DNA of 64,000 nucleotides. It comes from Snowella sp. Its GTDB lineage: Bacteria > Cyanobacteriota > Cyanobacteriia > Cyanobacteriales > Microcystaceae. The notes under the pieces were generated by a model, which saw nothing but the letters and a program-made list of their open reading frames with translations, was not told where the DNA came from and searched no databases. Every line of letters starts with the position of its first letter. Position 1 is the first letter of the stretch. Location: NCBI GenBank assembly GCA_035285545.1, contig JAYKGY010000135.1:16874-80873 (forward strand), in the 5' to 3' direction. A program made the position numbers and the translations under genes. Below, one piece after another: positions 10,579 to 20,161 of this stretch.

Positions 10579-12405
10579 ATGATTATTCCGAGTATTGGTT
10601 TATTAATTTTAGTATTAAGCCTGTGGGTGATTTTTGATCAAAAAATTTTATCTCCCTATCCCTTAATTCAAAAACTTAAAAAAGATCGCGTTTTATTAAT
10701 AGGAATTATCATCATTGCTCTAGCATTAATGCTGGGGTATTTGGGCTATTGGGGGTTAATTGATAGTCGAACCTTACGTATTAGTCGTCAAACGATTATT
10801 ATCTGGACAATTGTTGCTCTGATATTGAATTCTCCCGTTCTGGGTCAACTGCTACGCATTTCTCAATTTACCCAACAAGAGCAATCTTCTCCCTGGCGTT
10901 GGTTCACAATTAATACGGTTTTAATGGGGGTCAGTACCTACATTTTAGGTTGCTTATTGATTCGTTGTTTTATTCAAATCGATGGCAATGGAGATACTTG
11001 GATGTATCAACTTCCCTTTGCTGCGAGGATGTGGAATCTTGTCACCGCCGAAAATTATTTAATGGATGCAGATCGAGAATTACTCTATGAAACCTTTCCC
11101 AAATTAGCCAATTTTTTACAGGGGATGTTTTGGTCAATGGCAGGATTACGTAATCCTCAAGTTGCTAATTTAGTGAGTTTTTTAAGCTTGCTTGGATTCT
11201 TGGGATTTGTTAAAACTGCGTTTAAAATTCCCTTTTATTTAATTGCGATCGCGCTTTTGGCAGTTCCCCTGATTCATATTGCAGCTACGGCTTGCTATGT
11301 GGATTTATTTGGGAATGTGGGAGCAAGTATGGTTATTTTATGTACCTATTTATTTTATATTGATCAAAAAAATATCACTCGCCAAAATATTTTATTTTTT
11401 ATTCTAGGGGGCGCGATCGCGTCTAATACTAAATTTTTAATGGTTCCCATTGTTGCCCTATTTTTCGGCTTAGCTCTAGCCCGTATTCTTTATCTCCAAA
11501 TCACTTGGAATCCGTTAAAAGTTAACCGACAGAATCTTTATAAAATCGCTATTTTAGCCCCCCTGTCGAGTATTGTTATTTTCTTCACTGAATTTCTCAA
11601 TATCTTGACTTATCAAAATCCGTTTTATCCCCTCAAAATATCCCTTTTTGGCTTTGTTTTAAACCATGCTTCTGTGCCATCCTCTGATTATATGTCGGCA
11701 AAAATTCAAGCCATGTCTCCCATTCAACGGTGGGTTTATTCCCTATTAGAAATTGGGGCTTTTGATGCTCGCCGTCCTTGGCCTTGGTCAATTGCAATGG
11801 ATTTTGTTCCCCTTGATAGTGATAGTTTCGGAATTGGCGGTTATTTTGCTATTTATGTTGTATTTAATCTACTTGTTTTTGCGTTTCTCTGCCGTCATTT
11901 AAATAATATAACGAAAATTTCTTTAGGGTTAATGATAGGCTTATCAGTGATCACGGCCTTTATGCCCTTTTCCTATCAACTCCGTTACTATTCCTACTGG
12001 ATTATCGTTTTGATTGTTCTTAATCTTTATTTAATCAAACTAGAAGCAGAAAATTCTAATAGAAATCGTAATTATTATCAGATTAAACTACAACATTATG
12101 GCTTAGTTTCTGTATCTATTCTCTTTATTTTCCTCTCCCTAACTCGATGGGATTTTACCTATCCCCGCAGTAATTTTTTAGATGGTTACCTAGCTCAAAA
12201 TGTGGATGTTAAAACTCTATCGGAATTAAAGGATAATCAGGATTATTGCTTGGTCAATTTCAGCCCCCATACTTTTTTATATAATTCCCGCTTTTATCCT
12301 CAACGCAACTATTCGATTAAAAATGAATTTGATATTAGTCCTGAATACTTACAAGAAAACTGCAAAGAACGGATTATGTTGTTCCCCCGTCCCTCTCGTT
12401 CTTAA
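10579..12405 (+). CDS. Polytopic membrane protein, probable GT-C glycosyltransferase
   Basis: Many TM helices; GDTWMYQLP loop motif, YVD, TKF, NPFYP and LRY motifs typical of GT-C-like proteins. Confidence 0.55.
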   Translation: MIIPSIGLLILVLSLWVIFDQKILSPYPLIQKLKKDRVLLIGIIIIALALMLGYLGYWGLIDSRTLRISRQTIIIWTIVALILNSPVLGQLLRISQFTQQEQSSPWRWFTINTVLMGVSTYILGCLLIRCFIQIDGNGDTWMYQLPFAARMWNLVTAENYLMDADRELLYETFPKLANFLQGMFWSMAGLRNPQVANLVSFLSLLGFLGFVKTAFKIPFYLIAIALLAVPLIHIAATACYVDLFGNVGASMVILCTYLFYIDQKNITRQNILFFILGGAIASNTKFLMVPIVALFFGLALARILYLQITWNPLKVNRQNLYKIAILAPLSSIVIFFTEFLNILTYQNPFYPLKISLFGFVLNHASVPSSDYMSAKIQAMSPIQRWVYSLLEIGAFDARRPWPWSIAMDFVPLDSDSFGIGGYFAIYVVFNLLVFAFLCRHLNNITKISLGLMIGLSVITAFMPFSYQLRYYSYWIIVLIVLNLYLIKLEAENSNRNRNYYQIKLQHYGLVSVSILFIFLSLTRWDFTYPRSNFLDGYLAQNVDVKTLSELKDNQDYCLVNFSPHTFLYNSRFYPQRNYSIKNEFDISPEYLQENCKERIMLFPRPSRS

Positions 12406-12481
12406 AATATCGGCCAAATCTGAAGATCATTCAGTCCTATAATTAGGAATAATTTATCTGGACTAATCATTTCTGATCCGT

Positions 12482-13657
12482 ATGCCGAATCCCGACATTT
12501 CGATTGTCATGCCCTGCTTAAATGAATATCAAACCCTGCCCCAATGTATTGCTAAAGCACAGGAAATGATTGACAAGCTGCAAATTGCGGGGGAAATCAT
12601 CGTTGCAGATAATGGCTCGACGGATGGCTCGCAAAAGTTAGCAGAATCCTTGGGGGCTAGGGTGGTCGATGTGCCTATTCGGGGTTACGGAGCGGCGTTA
12701 ATTTGGGGAATTCGGGCAGCCAAAGGAACCTATATTGTCATGGGGGATTCGGATGATTCCTATGATTTTCGGGAAGCCGCCGCCATGATTGAAAAACTCC
12801 AGCAGGGCTACGATCTTTGCATGGGAAGCCGTTTGCGGGGAAAAATTATGCCTGGGGCGATGCCCTTTCTTCATCGTTATTTAGGAACGCCTGTTTTAAC
12901 CATGATCGTCGATTGGTTATTTCAAGCTCCCTTTTCCGATGTGAATTGTGGAATGCGAGCCTTTACCAAAGAGGCTTTCTTGCAGATGGAGATGGAATCA
13001 ACGGGCATGGAGTTTGCTTCGGAGATGTTGGTAAAAGCATCAATTTTGCGTTTGAAAGCAACTGAAATTCCGATTACCTTGCATAAAGATGGCCGCGATC
13101 GCCGACCCCATTTAAAAACCTGGTCAGATGGCTGGCGACATTTAAAGTATATTTTGCTGTTTGCGCCGAAGTTTATCTACTGGATTCCTGGAATCATTTG
13201 TTTTGTACTCGGTGGAATTTTAGCGTTGGCGTTGAATTTAACCCCAGAAGGGCAACCCGTTAACTTTGCCGGCTTTCAGTTTAATGATCACTGGATTGTC
13301 GTCGCCGCGCTTTTATTTTTAATCGGTTATGAGATTCTTTTTACAGGTTTATTAGCCTATCTCTATACCCTGACCCATCGGGTTAAGCAACGTTCTGCCA
13401 GAATTGAAAAATTGATTCGTACCGTCAGTTTAGAGCGGATTTTGTTATTTTCAGGACTTTTATTAATATCAGGGCTAATTCTTGAATTTTCTGTGGTTAA
13501 AGCTTGGATTAGTGGGGATTTTGCTAATTTAAATGCTTTCCGTCCTGCGATTACGGGTATGGCGTTGATTTTGATGAGTAGCCAAACCCTATTTAGCGGC
13601 TTATTTTATGCGGTTTTAGCTGAAAAATATTCCAATAAATTATTAAATATTGAATAA
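12482..13657 (+). CDS. GT2 polyprenyl-phosphate sugar synthase (DPM1/GtrB-like) with C-terminal TM helices
   Basis: SIVMPCLNE, ADNGSTDGS, GYGAAL, MGDSDDSY, GSR and EFASEM motifs; four C-terminal TMs. Confidence 0.88.
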   Translation: MPNPDISIVMPCLNEYQTLPQCIAKAQEMIDKLQIAGEIIVADNGSTDGSQKLAESLGARVVDVPIRGYGAALIWGIRAAKGTYIVMGDSDDSYDFREAAAMIEKLQQGYDLCMGSRLRGKIMPGAMPFLHRYLGTPVLTMIVDWLFQAPFSDVNCGMRAFTKEAFLQMEMESTGMEFASEMLVKASILRLKATEIPITLHKDGRDRRPHLKTWSDGWRHLKYILLFAPKFIYWIPGIICFVLGGILALALNLTPEGQPVNFAGFQFNDHWIVVAALLFLIGYEILFTGLLAYLYTLTHRVKQRSARIEKLIRTVSLERILLFSGLLLISGLILEFSVVKAWISGDFANLNAFRPAITGMALILMSSQTLFSGLFYAVLAEKYSNKLLNIE

Positions 13658-13686
13658 AAGTTTGAATTTAAAATTTTTATAACATA

Positions 13687-14181
13687 ATGTCGAATTTGCC
13701 GAAAAACGATAATTCTGAGTCACTCCCAAAGATCCCTATCATTACCTTTTTACATAATTTACTCAATCTAAGAATTTTTAAATTTCTAGGGGTTGGGGGA
13801 TTTTGTGCGGGTTTAAGTTTGCTTATTATGTATGGGTTTACATCTCTTTTAGGCATCAATTATTTGATTTCAACCGTGATTAGTATTGTTGTGACGAATT
13901 TTATTGGATTTGCTCTGAATAAATACTACACATTCCAAACTCATAAAAAACTCTTTTGGCGAGAAATGTGGAAATACTATAGCGTGATGCTGTCGAGCTA
14001 TATTTTAAATGTGATTATCATGTATTTTTTGGTAGATTTTATTAATATTTGGTATATCTATGCAAATATTTTATTAATTGTGATTCTCACGCCCTATAAT
14101 TATCTGCTTCATCGCAATTGGAGTTTTAAAAAGAAAGTGGTTAATCAATCAAAAACGAATTTAAGTGATAATGACAACTAA
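13687..14181 (+). CDS. gtrA: GtrA-family flippase-like membrane protein
   Basis: KFLGVGG, NKYYTF and NYLLHRNWSF motifs; four TM helices. Confidence 0.88.
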   Translation: MSNLPKNDNSESLPKIPIITFLHNLLNLRIFKFLGVGGFCAGLSLLIMYGFTSLLGINYLISTVISIVVTNFIGFALNKYYTFQTHKKLFWREMWKYYSVMLSSYILNVIIMYFLVDFINIWYIYANILLIVILTPYNYLLHRNWSFKKKVVNQSKTNLSDNDN

Positions 14182-15352
14182 TAATAATCAGCCGCTAAAA
14201 ATCTTATTAATAACCCATTACTATCCCAATCATCGAGGCGGGGTAGAAATTGTTGCGGGAAAATTAGCGGAATATTTACTAAAAATTGGCGGAATTCAAA
14301 TTACCTGGTTAGCCAGTAACGTAGATGAGCCTCCTACTGATATTGAGGGGTTACACTGTTTACCGATGCCAGCGTTTAACGGAATTGAAGAACGATTGCA
14401 ACTTCCCTATCCAATTTGGAGCTTTTCGGCATTATTAACCCTCTGGCAACAGATTAAACAAACCGATATTATTCATATTCATGATTATTTGTATATGAGT
14501 AATTTAGCCGCTTTTATCTTTGCTAAGTTACAAAAAAAGCCCTTAATGATTACTCAACACATTGGGTTCATTCCCTACAATAATCCTGTTTTTCGTTTGT
14601 TACTCAGTTTTTTAAATTCAACCTTGGGTTGCTGGATTCTCCGTAACAGCGATCGCGTCATTTTTATTAGTGATGTAGTTCAACAATATTTTTCAGATAA
14701 AACAAGGTTTCGTCGTCCTGCTTTACTGTTGCCGAATGGAGTTGATACCAGTATTTTTATGCCCACTGATGAATCCACAAGAAAACAACACCGTCAGGAA
14801 TTAAACTTACCGTTAAATCAACCAATCTTTTTATTTGTCGGCAGATTTGTCGAAAAAAAAGGCTTATTAATCCTGCAACAATTAGCTCAAAAATTTCCAG
14901 AAGTTCACTGGTTATTTGCCGGCTGGGGAGCGTTAGATCCGACCTCGTGGCAACTTCCCAATGTGACGGTTTTGCATAATCTTCGAGAAGCCCAATTAAC
15001 GCCAGTTTATCAAACGGCAGATTTATTGATCTTACCCAGTAAAGGCGAAGGTTTTCCCCTTGTGGTGCAAGAAGCGATGGCCTGTGGAACGCCTGTAATG
15101 GTGGGAACAGAAACGGCCCAAGCTTGTAAAGCCGCAGAACATTTGATGTTTTCAGAACAGGTTGAATGTGATGATGGGGTATCGCGTTGGTCAGCTAAAA
15201 TCAAAATCATTTTAGAAAATACTAAGCAATTGCAAGATTTAAGACTCCAGGTTTCTGAGTTTGCCCAATCCTATTGGTCATGGCAAAAAACAGCGACGGA
15301 TTACTACGAAATTTTCACCCATACTTTTCATCAACAATTTCCCAAAAAATAA
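14171..15352 (+). CDS. GT4 glycosyltransferase
   Basis: HYYPNHRGGVE, PNGVD, FVGRFVEKKG and EGFPLVVQEAMACGTPV motifs. ATG at 14171 overlaps the gtrA stop (ORF track starts at GTG 14165). Confidence 0.9.
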   Translation: MTTNNNQPLKILLITHYYPNHRGGVEIVAGKLAEYLLKIGGIQITWLASNVDEPPTDIEGLHCLPMPAFNGIEERLQLPYPIWSFSALLTLWQQIKQTDIIHIHDYLYMSNLAAFIFAKLQKKPLMITQHIGFIPYNNPVFRLLLSFLNSTLGCWILRNSDRVIFISDVVQQYFSDKTRFRRPALLLPNGVDTSIFMPTDESTRKQHRQELNLPLNQPIFLFVGRFVEKKGLLILQQLAQKFPEVHWLFAGWGALDPTSWQLPNVTVLHNLREAQLTPVYQTADLLILPSKGEGFPLVVQEAMACGTPVMVGTETAQACKAAEHLMFSEQVECDDGVSRWSAKIKIILENTKQLQDLRLQVSEFAQSYWSWQKTATDYYEIFTHTFHQQFPKK

Positions 15353-15391
15353 GGGCACATCTAAAATTAATAAATGTACCCAGCAACTTTT
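15345..15391. terminator. Probable bidirectional terminator between the GT operon and pilT2
   Basis: GGGCACAT / ATGTACCC inverted repeat (15353-15381), with an A-tract on the left and a T-tract on the right, between convergent genes. Confidence 0.5.
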
Positions 15392-15431
15392 TTCTTGTTA
15401 AACTTTTTGTGCTTTTAAAATTAATTCCAAA

Positions 15432-16721
15432 TTAAACGCGACCCCGTAACATCATGGCTAATTCGTTGGGAACAGCGGACATTTCTAGGGCAGTTTCTTC
15501 GGTAATTCGGCCTTCTTGATAGAGGTTAAAGAGGGATTGATTAGAGGTAATCATGCCATCGTATTCACCGTCTTTCATCAATTCGGCAATTTCATCATAT
15601 TTACCCTGGTGAATATAATCTTTAACGGTTTCGGTGTTAATTAAAATGTCATGGAAGGCGGCCCGTTTTCCGTCGGTGGTTCGGCAAAGACCTTGAGCAA
15701 TGACGCAGACCAAGGATTCCGCGATCGCCGTTCGCATTGCCGGTTGTTCATCCGCACTATAGAGAGTCAAAATCCGCTCTAGGGTTTTAATCGCACTGTT
15801 AGTATGGAGGGTTCCCATCACCAAGTGACCCGTTTGGGCTGCTTTCAGAGCCGTGTTGACCGTTCCTCTGTCCCGCATTTCCCCCACCAGAATGATATCG
15901 GGGTCTTCCCGTAGGGCGGCTTTCAGGGCATTATCAAATTCTAGGGTGTGCATCCCCACTTCCCGTTGTTTAATGAGCGATCGGCGGCTTTGGTGTACGA
16001 ATTCAATGGGATCTTCGATGGTGATGATGTGTTTGGCGTGTTCTTTGTTGATGTAGTCCACCATGGCAGCCATTGTGGTTGATTTCCCTGAACCCGTTGG
16101 CCCTGTTACCAGAATTAAGCCTTTATGAGAATCAGAAACGTTTCTAAAGACTTCGGGGAGGCGCAATTGCTCCATTGTCAGAATTTTGAGGGGAATTAAC
16201 CGCAAAACCATCGCGGGCCCGCGCAAACTGTCAAATACGTTGATCCGTACCCTCGCAAATTCGTATTGGGTTGCACCGTCGAATTCAAGATTGCGTTTAA
16301 AGCGTTGAATTTCTTCTTCGCTCATAATTTCCCGTAACCAACTCATGAAGGTGTTGTTGTCGGTGTCAGGGAAGTTTAAAATCATCATTTCACCGCGATC
16401 GCGCATCCTCGGTGCTTCTCCGACCCCCAGGTGAACGTCAGAATAACCCTGTTCAAAAGCTAATTGGACTAATTCGGCTAAACTGGGCTGTCCTGGTGAG
16501 CGTCCTCGGTTTTGATTCGCATTAGTACTCGGTGTGCCCGTACTGATGGGGGGAGGGGGCGGTGCGGCCGGTCGCGGCGGTGGCATCGTTGCAGGGGGCG
16601 GCATAAATTGGGTTGCCCCAACCACACTTTCATTCGTTGGATCGTAATTGGCTCCTCCGGGAATGGGCGGAACAGGCAAGGGCGGTAAGGGAGGGGCAGA
16701 GGGACGAGGGGTTTGCGTCAT
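15432..16721 (-). CDS. pilT: Type IV pilus retraction ATPase PilT (cyanobacterial PilT2 type, Pro-rich N-terminus)
   Basis: SDVHL, Walker A GPTGSGKST, TIEDPIE, LREDPDIILVGEMRD and TGHLVMGTLH motifs; Pro-rich extension; AIRNLIRE helix replaced by TVKDYIHQ. Confidence 0.93.
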   Translation of the reverse strand: MTQTPRPSAPPLPPLPVPPIPGGANYDPTNESVVGATQFMPPPATMPPPRPAAPPPPPISTGTPSTNANQNRGRSPGQPSLAELVQLAFEQGYSDVHLGVGEAPRMRDRGEMMILNFPDTDNNTFMSWLREIMSEEEIQRFKRNLEFDGATQYEFARVRINVFDSLRGPAMVLRLIPLKILTMEQLRLPEVFRNVSDSHKGLILVTGPTGSGKSTTMAAMVDYINKEHAKHIITIEDPIEFVHQSRRSLIKQREVGMHTLEFDNALKAALREDPDIILVGEMRDRGTVNTALKAAQTGHLVMGTLHTNSAIKTLERILTLYSADEQPAMRTAIAESLVCVIAQGLCRTTDGKRAAFHDILINTETVKDYIHQGKYDEIAELMKDGEYDGMITSNQSLFNLYQEGRITEETALEMSAVPNELAMMLRGRV

Positions 16722-17233
16722 CAGTGATACACCTAATCAGGATTGCAAAATCTGAAATAATCGCGATTTTCCGCTTTCAGGCTCTAAGCATTAATTTACT
16801 TCTCTTCCGACAGTATGCCCGAAAGTTCAAATTAATTAACAGTTGCCCCCGCTTCAGCGATCGCAAACTTCAACATTGTGTAGATTCTGAGAAAGTCGTT
16901 CCATTTTGTAAAGAAATATTAACTGATTGCTGAGTAAACTCAGGATTGCTTCCCCCAACCGGCCGCATCAACCTTGTGAGTTTCCCCAGGGAGCAAAGGA
17001 TACCAATCTGGATTTGATAAAATCTTTATCGTCATGAAGAATTTGTGGATTTTTGCCCGTCAAATAGTAGCCCTTTTGAGATGAGTTCCTTGCCATCAAA
17101 GTTTCCCTTGGAATGTAAATTTATTTTACAAATTACTCATTTTCCTGAGAATCTCCCTATACTGAAAATCACACCCAAGGCGTAAGTCGAGGTGATGTTT
17201 GTTGTTGTTGCTGTTGTTGCTGGAGAGAAATCT

Positions 17234-17608
17234 ATGGAAGTATCATCAAGAGGGGCGATCGGTAATTTTTATTCCCTAACGATTATTAAAAGCTTTTTAA
17301 TTTGGAGTTTTACCCTAACCGTTTGTTTTTTGGTCGTGGGTTTTCCCCTTGTTGTTTTAATGGCGACGATTGGGGTATTAGCAACGGTTATTTTACAATC
17401 TGTCCTCCCCATGAGTGCGGTTTTGGTGGTCATTGGGAGTTTAATTAGTCTTAATTTAATTGCAGTTTTTGTTGGGGCCAGTATTTTAACCCTCAAAGGC
17501 ATTCATCCCCATGAAGTGCGTTGGCTCAGTTGGCTACAAAGTAAGGCCGCTGTTACGCATTCTTCGGTTTATGCTGCTTGTCCTTTAACCTGTGGATTGG
17601 CTCAATAA
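17234..17608 (+). CDS. Conserved hypothetical cyanobacterial membrane protein
   Basis: GGAG RBS before ATG 17234; 2-3 hydrophobic helices; C-terminal YAACPLTC. Confidence 0.75.
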   Translation: MEVSSRGAIGNFYSLTIIKSFLIWSFTLTVCFLVVGFPLVVLMATIGVLATVILQSVLPMSAVLVVIGSLISLNLIAVFVGASILTLKGIHPHEVRWLSWLQSKAAVTHSSVYAACPLTCGLAQ

Positions 17609-17675
17609 TTGTTGAAAACCTTTAGAAGCGGTGTTTATTGTTGATGCAATTAACGCGGTTTAGAGTGATAAAGAT

Positions 17676-17702
17676 AGCCTGGCAAACGCCAGGTTTATTT
17701 AT
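17676..17702 (+). terminator. Intrinsic terminator
   Basis: AGCCTGGC-AAAC-GCCAGGTT hairpin followed by TATTTAT, between convergent genes. Confidence 0.65.
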
Positions 17703-17728
17703 GGCTATTTTTTAATGAATCTGACAAA

Positions 17729-19150
17729 TTAACGAGTTTTAACGGTCAGAATCTGGGGAGGCGTGGAATCGGGGGGATAGATTAATTCAACCTGAACAGT
17801 ACGGCGATCGCCTGGGCGCATATTTAACGTAATTAAGGGATCGCCCTGTTGGCCGCGACGTTGAACCAGATGAAAATAACGAGTTTGCTGTATCCCATTA
17901 TCATCAGGATAGCTCATTTTTACCGTCCCTCGGAAAAAGACATTTCTCGCCGGAGGCACCAGAAACTTGAGTTGTCCATCGGTGATTTGATCCTGTTTTA
18001 AGGGGGTTTCAATGGCTAAGCTGACTTGCTGAAATTGGGAGGTGGGATTGTAGAGCGGTAAACTAAGCGTGTATTGCATTCCATAATTGCCGTGGGATTC
18101 ATAGGCCGTATCGGGATAACGTACCGCCATTTTGGCCGCTTGGCTCTGATTCGTTCCCATTCTTCCCCCTTCTAAGGTACTAATGGGATAGGAAAAGGCT
18201 TGACCGGCTGAGGGAATTGTTAGATTAGCCCCATTGGGATTATCCGTAATATTCGCTTGCCACTGAGAACCAATAGAAACCCCAGCGACTCGGCTATAAA
18301 TCCGACGTTGGGTATTGCGAGGAATGCGATCGCGGGGAGTCATTAAGTTTGCCGTTTTTAATAAATTTGTCCAATCTTCGAGACTCGGCGGAACATTTAC
18401 GCCCATTGCATCCTGTCTAGAATACATCGCCATACTGGCCCCATAGACTTCGCCATTACTATTTAATCGAAAATAGGCGGAAATCCCATTACGAGTTAGG
18501 TTGGTGGAATTAACGGGAATGGGGGCATTGAGTAACATCCGGCTTTCCCCTGGTTGTAAAACGATTTGGGGCGGAATTGTGGGTTGGCGTTGACCCCGCA
18601 AAATATCGACCATACTGCGACTGCCTGGCCCGGCAAAAACGGTGCCATTGGGATCTTCTACCTGGGCGGGTAAATCTAAAAACGGAGCTTCCGAGGTAAT
18701 ATAGCTTGCTCCCTGTAAAACATCGATAGTAACTGGCTTTCTGCTGCCGTTAAACAATAAAATCCCCAGGTGTAGATTTCGTCCCTGACGTTGAGGCGTA
18801 TCTTGAATCACATGATGGGCAAAGACATCAAAACGGCCTTTAAAGGGAAAATTCAAATGGGCGTAAGGACTCCCCATCCCAATAGACGGTAAGGTCGATA
18901 AAATAATGCCTTCGTTAAAAATTAATTCGGGATTATTACTATTAAAAACAGGAATATTATCTAATTTGCCAGGTAAGGGGCGAACAGGTTGGGCCACACT
19001 AATGGTCTGGGGTTGGGGGGGCTGTTCGGTGGTCGGAGCAGGGGCAATTTGAGGCGGAATCGTCCGTTGTGGCGTAAGGAGCGGATTCGGTGGACTCACC
19101 GGAATAGGAATCGCCTGGGCAACAAGAATGGGGAAAACAAAAGGTAACAT
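17729..19150 (-). CDS. DUF3370 family exported protein
   Basis: VRPLPGKLDNIPVFNSNNPE, F.HH, HGNYG and YPPDSTPPQILT motifs characteristic of cyanobacterial DUF3370. Confidence 0.8.
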   Translation of the reverse strand: MLPFVFPILVAQAIPIPVSPPNPLLTPQRTIPPQIAPAPTTEQPPQPQTISVAQPVRPLPGKLDNIPVFNSNNPELIFNEGIILSTLPSIGMGSPYAHLNFPFKGRFDVFAHHVIQDTPQRQGRNLHLGILLFNGSRKPVTIDVLQGASYITSEAPFLDLPAQVEDPNGTVFAGPGSRSMVDILRGQRQPTIPPQIVLQPGESRMLLNAPIPVNSTNLTRNGISAYFRLNSNGEVYGASMAMYSRQDAMGVNVPPSLEDWTNLLKTANLMTPRDRIPRNTQRRIYSRVAGVSIGSQWQANITDNPNGANLTIPSAGQAFSYPISTLEGGRMGTNQSQAAKMAVRYPDTAYESHGNYGMQYTLSLPLYNPTSQFQQVSLAIETPLKQDQITDGQLKFLVPPARNVFFRGTVKMSYPDDNGIQQTRYFHLVQRRGQQGDPLITLNMRPGDRRTVQVELIYPPDSTPPQILTVKTR

Positions 19151-19318
19151 GATGGCTAATAGGGTGAAGCGGTCACATTAAAACCGCGATCGCTGATCCA
19201 AAAAAGAACTAGGACACTATGCCTAAAGACTGAGGATAGCCCTAAATGTTTCATCTTTGTAATCTTTTGATAAATTTCGTAATAATTTTCTCGATCAGCG
19301 ATTAACGTAAATTCCAGC

Positions 19319-19570
19319 CTATTCAAAGTGTTCCGCCACGACTAAGCCTTGTTTCACCTTTTCGGTTACGAGTTGACGATAGAGTTGCAATTCTTGATAC
19401 AGTAGCTCTGAACTGGGCTTATTGGCTAAGACAGCCGCTTTAATATTTTGAGCTTCAGAACTGGATAAAACCCCATCCGCGATCGCTTTTTCGATCAGGG
19501 CTTTTAAACGAGTTAATTCTTGCTGTTCCTCGGCGGTCAATTCTAAGGCATTCGGATGTTCGATTTTCAT
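19319..19570 (-). CDS. Hypothetical protein (about 83 aa)
   Basis: AGGAG RBS before MKIEHPN; helical protein with AIADGVLS motif. The ORF track extends further upstream, to 19669. Confidence 0.7.
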   Translation of the reverse strand: MKIEHPNALELTAEEQQELTRLKALIEKAIADGVLSSSEAQNIKAAVLANKPSSELLYQELQLYRQLVTEKVKQGLVVAEHFE

Positions 19571-19780
19571 ACTATTCTCCTTACAATGTAGGGTTAAGTT
19601 TTTTGAAATTATACGCTCAAGCTGGGCTGGACAGGGTGATTTTTTATACTTTCCTAAGGTCGAGAGCAATTAACCTCAAACGGCTCGGTGTTGCTTTCTG
19701 TCTCCTTTAACCTCATCACTTTGGCCAGATCAATAGGTGCGATCACCTAATCCATAGGGCCAGCTTATTGTCAATATACT

Positions 19781-19798
19781 GTAACTAAACTTTACATA
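19781..19798 (+). promoter_or_regulatory. HLR1-like (RpaB) direct repeat
   Basis: GTAACTAA-AC-TTTACATA versus consensus (G/T)TTACAWW-NN-(G/T)TTACAWW; lies upstream of the 74-aa ORF. Confidence 0.35.
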
Positions 19799-19872
19799 TT
19801 CCTTCAGATTGTTTATGATCACATTAGGAATAAGTTCTTCGTGACAACTCAACTCGCCCTCGGAGAAAAGCA

Positions 19873-20097
19873 ATGATGTTACAGGAAACCACTTGGCCAA
19901 GCTCTCCTAGTGAGACCGAACAGCGGAAAATGGGCTTAGTTGCCTTCCTCTTTTTTATGATGGGGGCTTTACATATCTATGTTCAACTCCAGAAGCAAAA
20001 AGATTGGCTCTGCTCAGAAGGCTTCCGTTTTCTGAAAATTGGTCTAGCAGCGGCTACCTTTGCCGGCGTTTTAGAATTTTTCGTTCTCTCCACTTAA
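19873..20097 (+). CDS. Small two-TM hypothetical membrane protein
   Basis: GGAG RBS; two hydrophobic segments; fills the intergenic space before ribE. Confidence 0.55.
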   Translation: MMLQETTWPSSPSETEQRKMGLVAFLFFMMGALHIYVQLQKQKDWLCSEGFRFLKIGLAAATFAGVLEFFVLST

Positions 20098-20161
20098 GGA
20101 TTAACGATTCCGTTAGGGGTGATGCTATGCTCAACACATACACTTTCATCCCCCACGGACT

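Noticed and set aside
741..16933. Short ORFs nested in or antisense to comA, the GTs and pilT (e.g. 741, 1444, 5242, 8073, 8278, 9474, 12817, 15010, 15853, 16613)
   Set aside because: They overlap well-supported genes fully or largely and show no motif support.
17114..17130. NtcA site candidates at 17115 and 19781
   Set aside because: The GTA-to-TAC spacing is 9 nt, not 8. They fit an HLR1-like pattern better.
17198..17220. GTT-rich run giving an MMFVVVAVVAG N-terminal extension
   Set aside because: It lies upstream of a clear GGAG RBS and ATG at 17234, so it is more likely 5' UTR than coding sequence.
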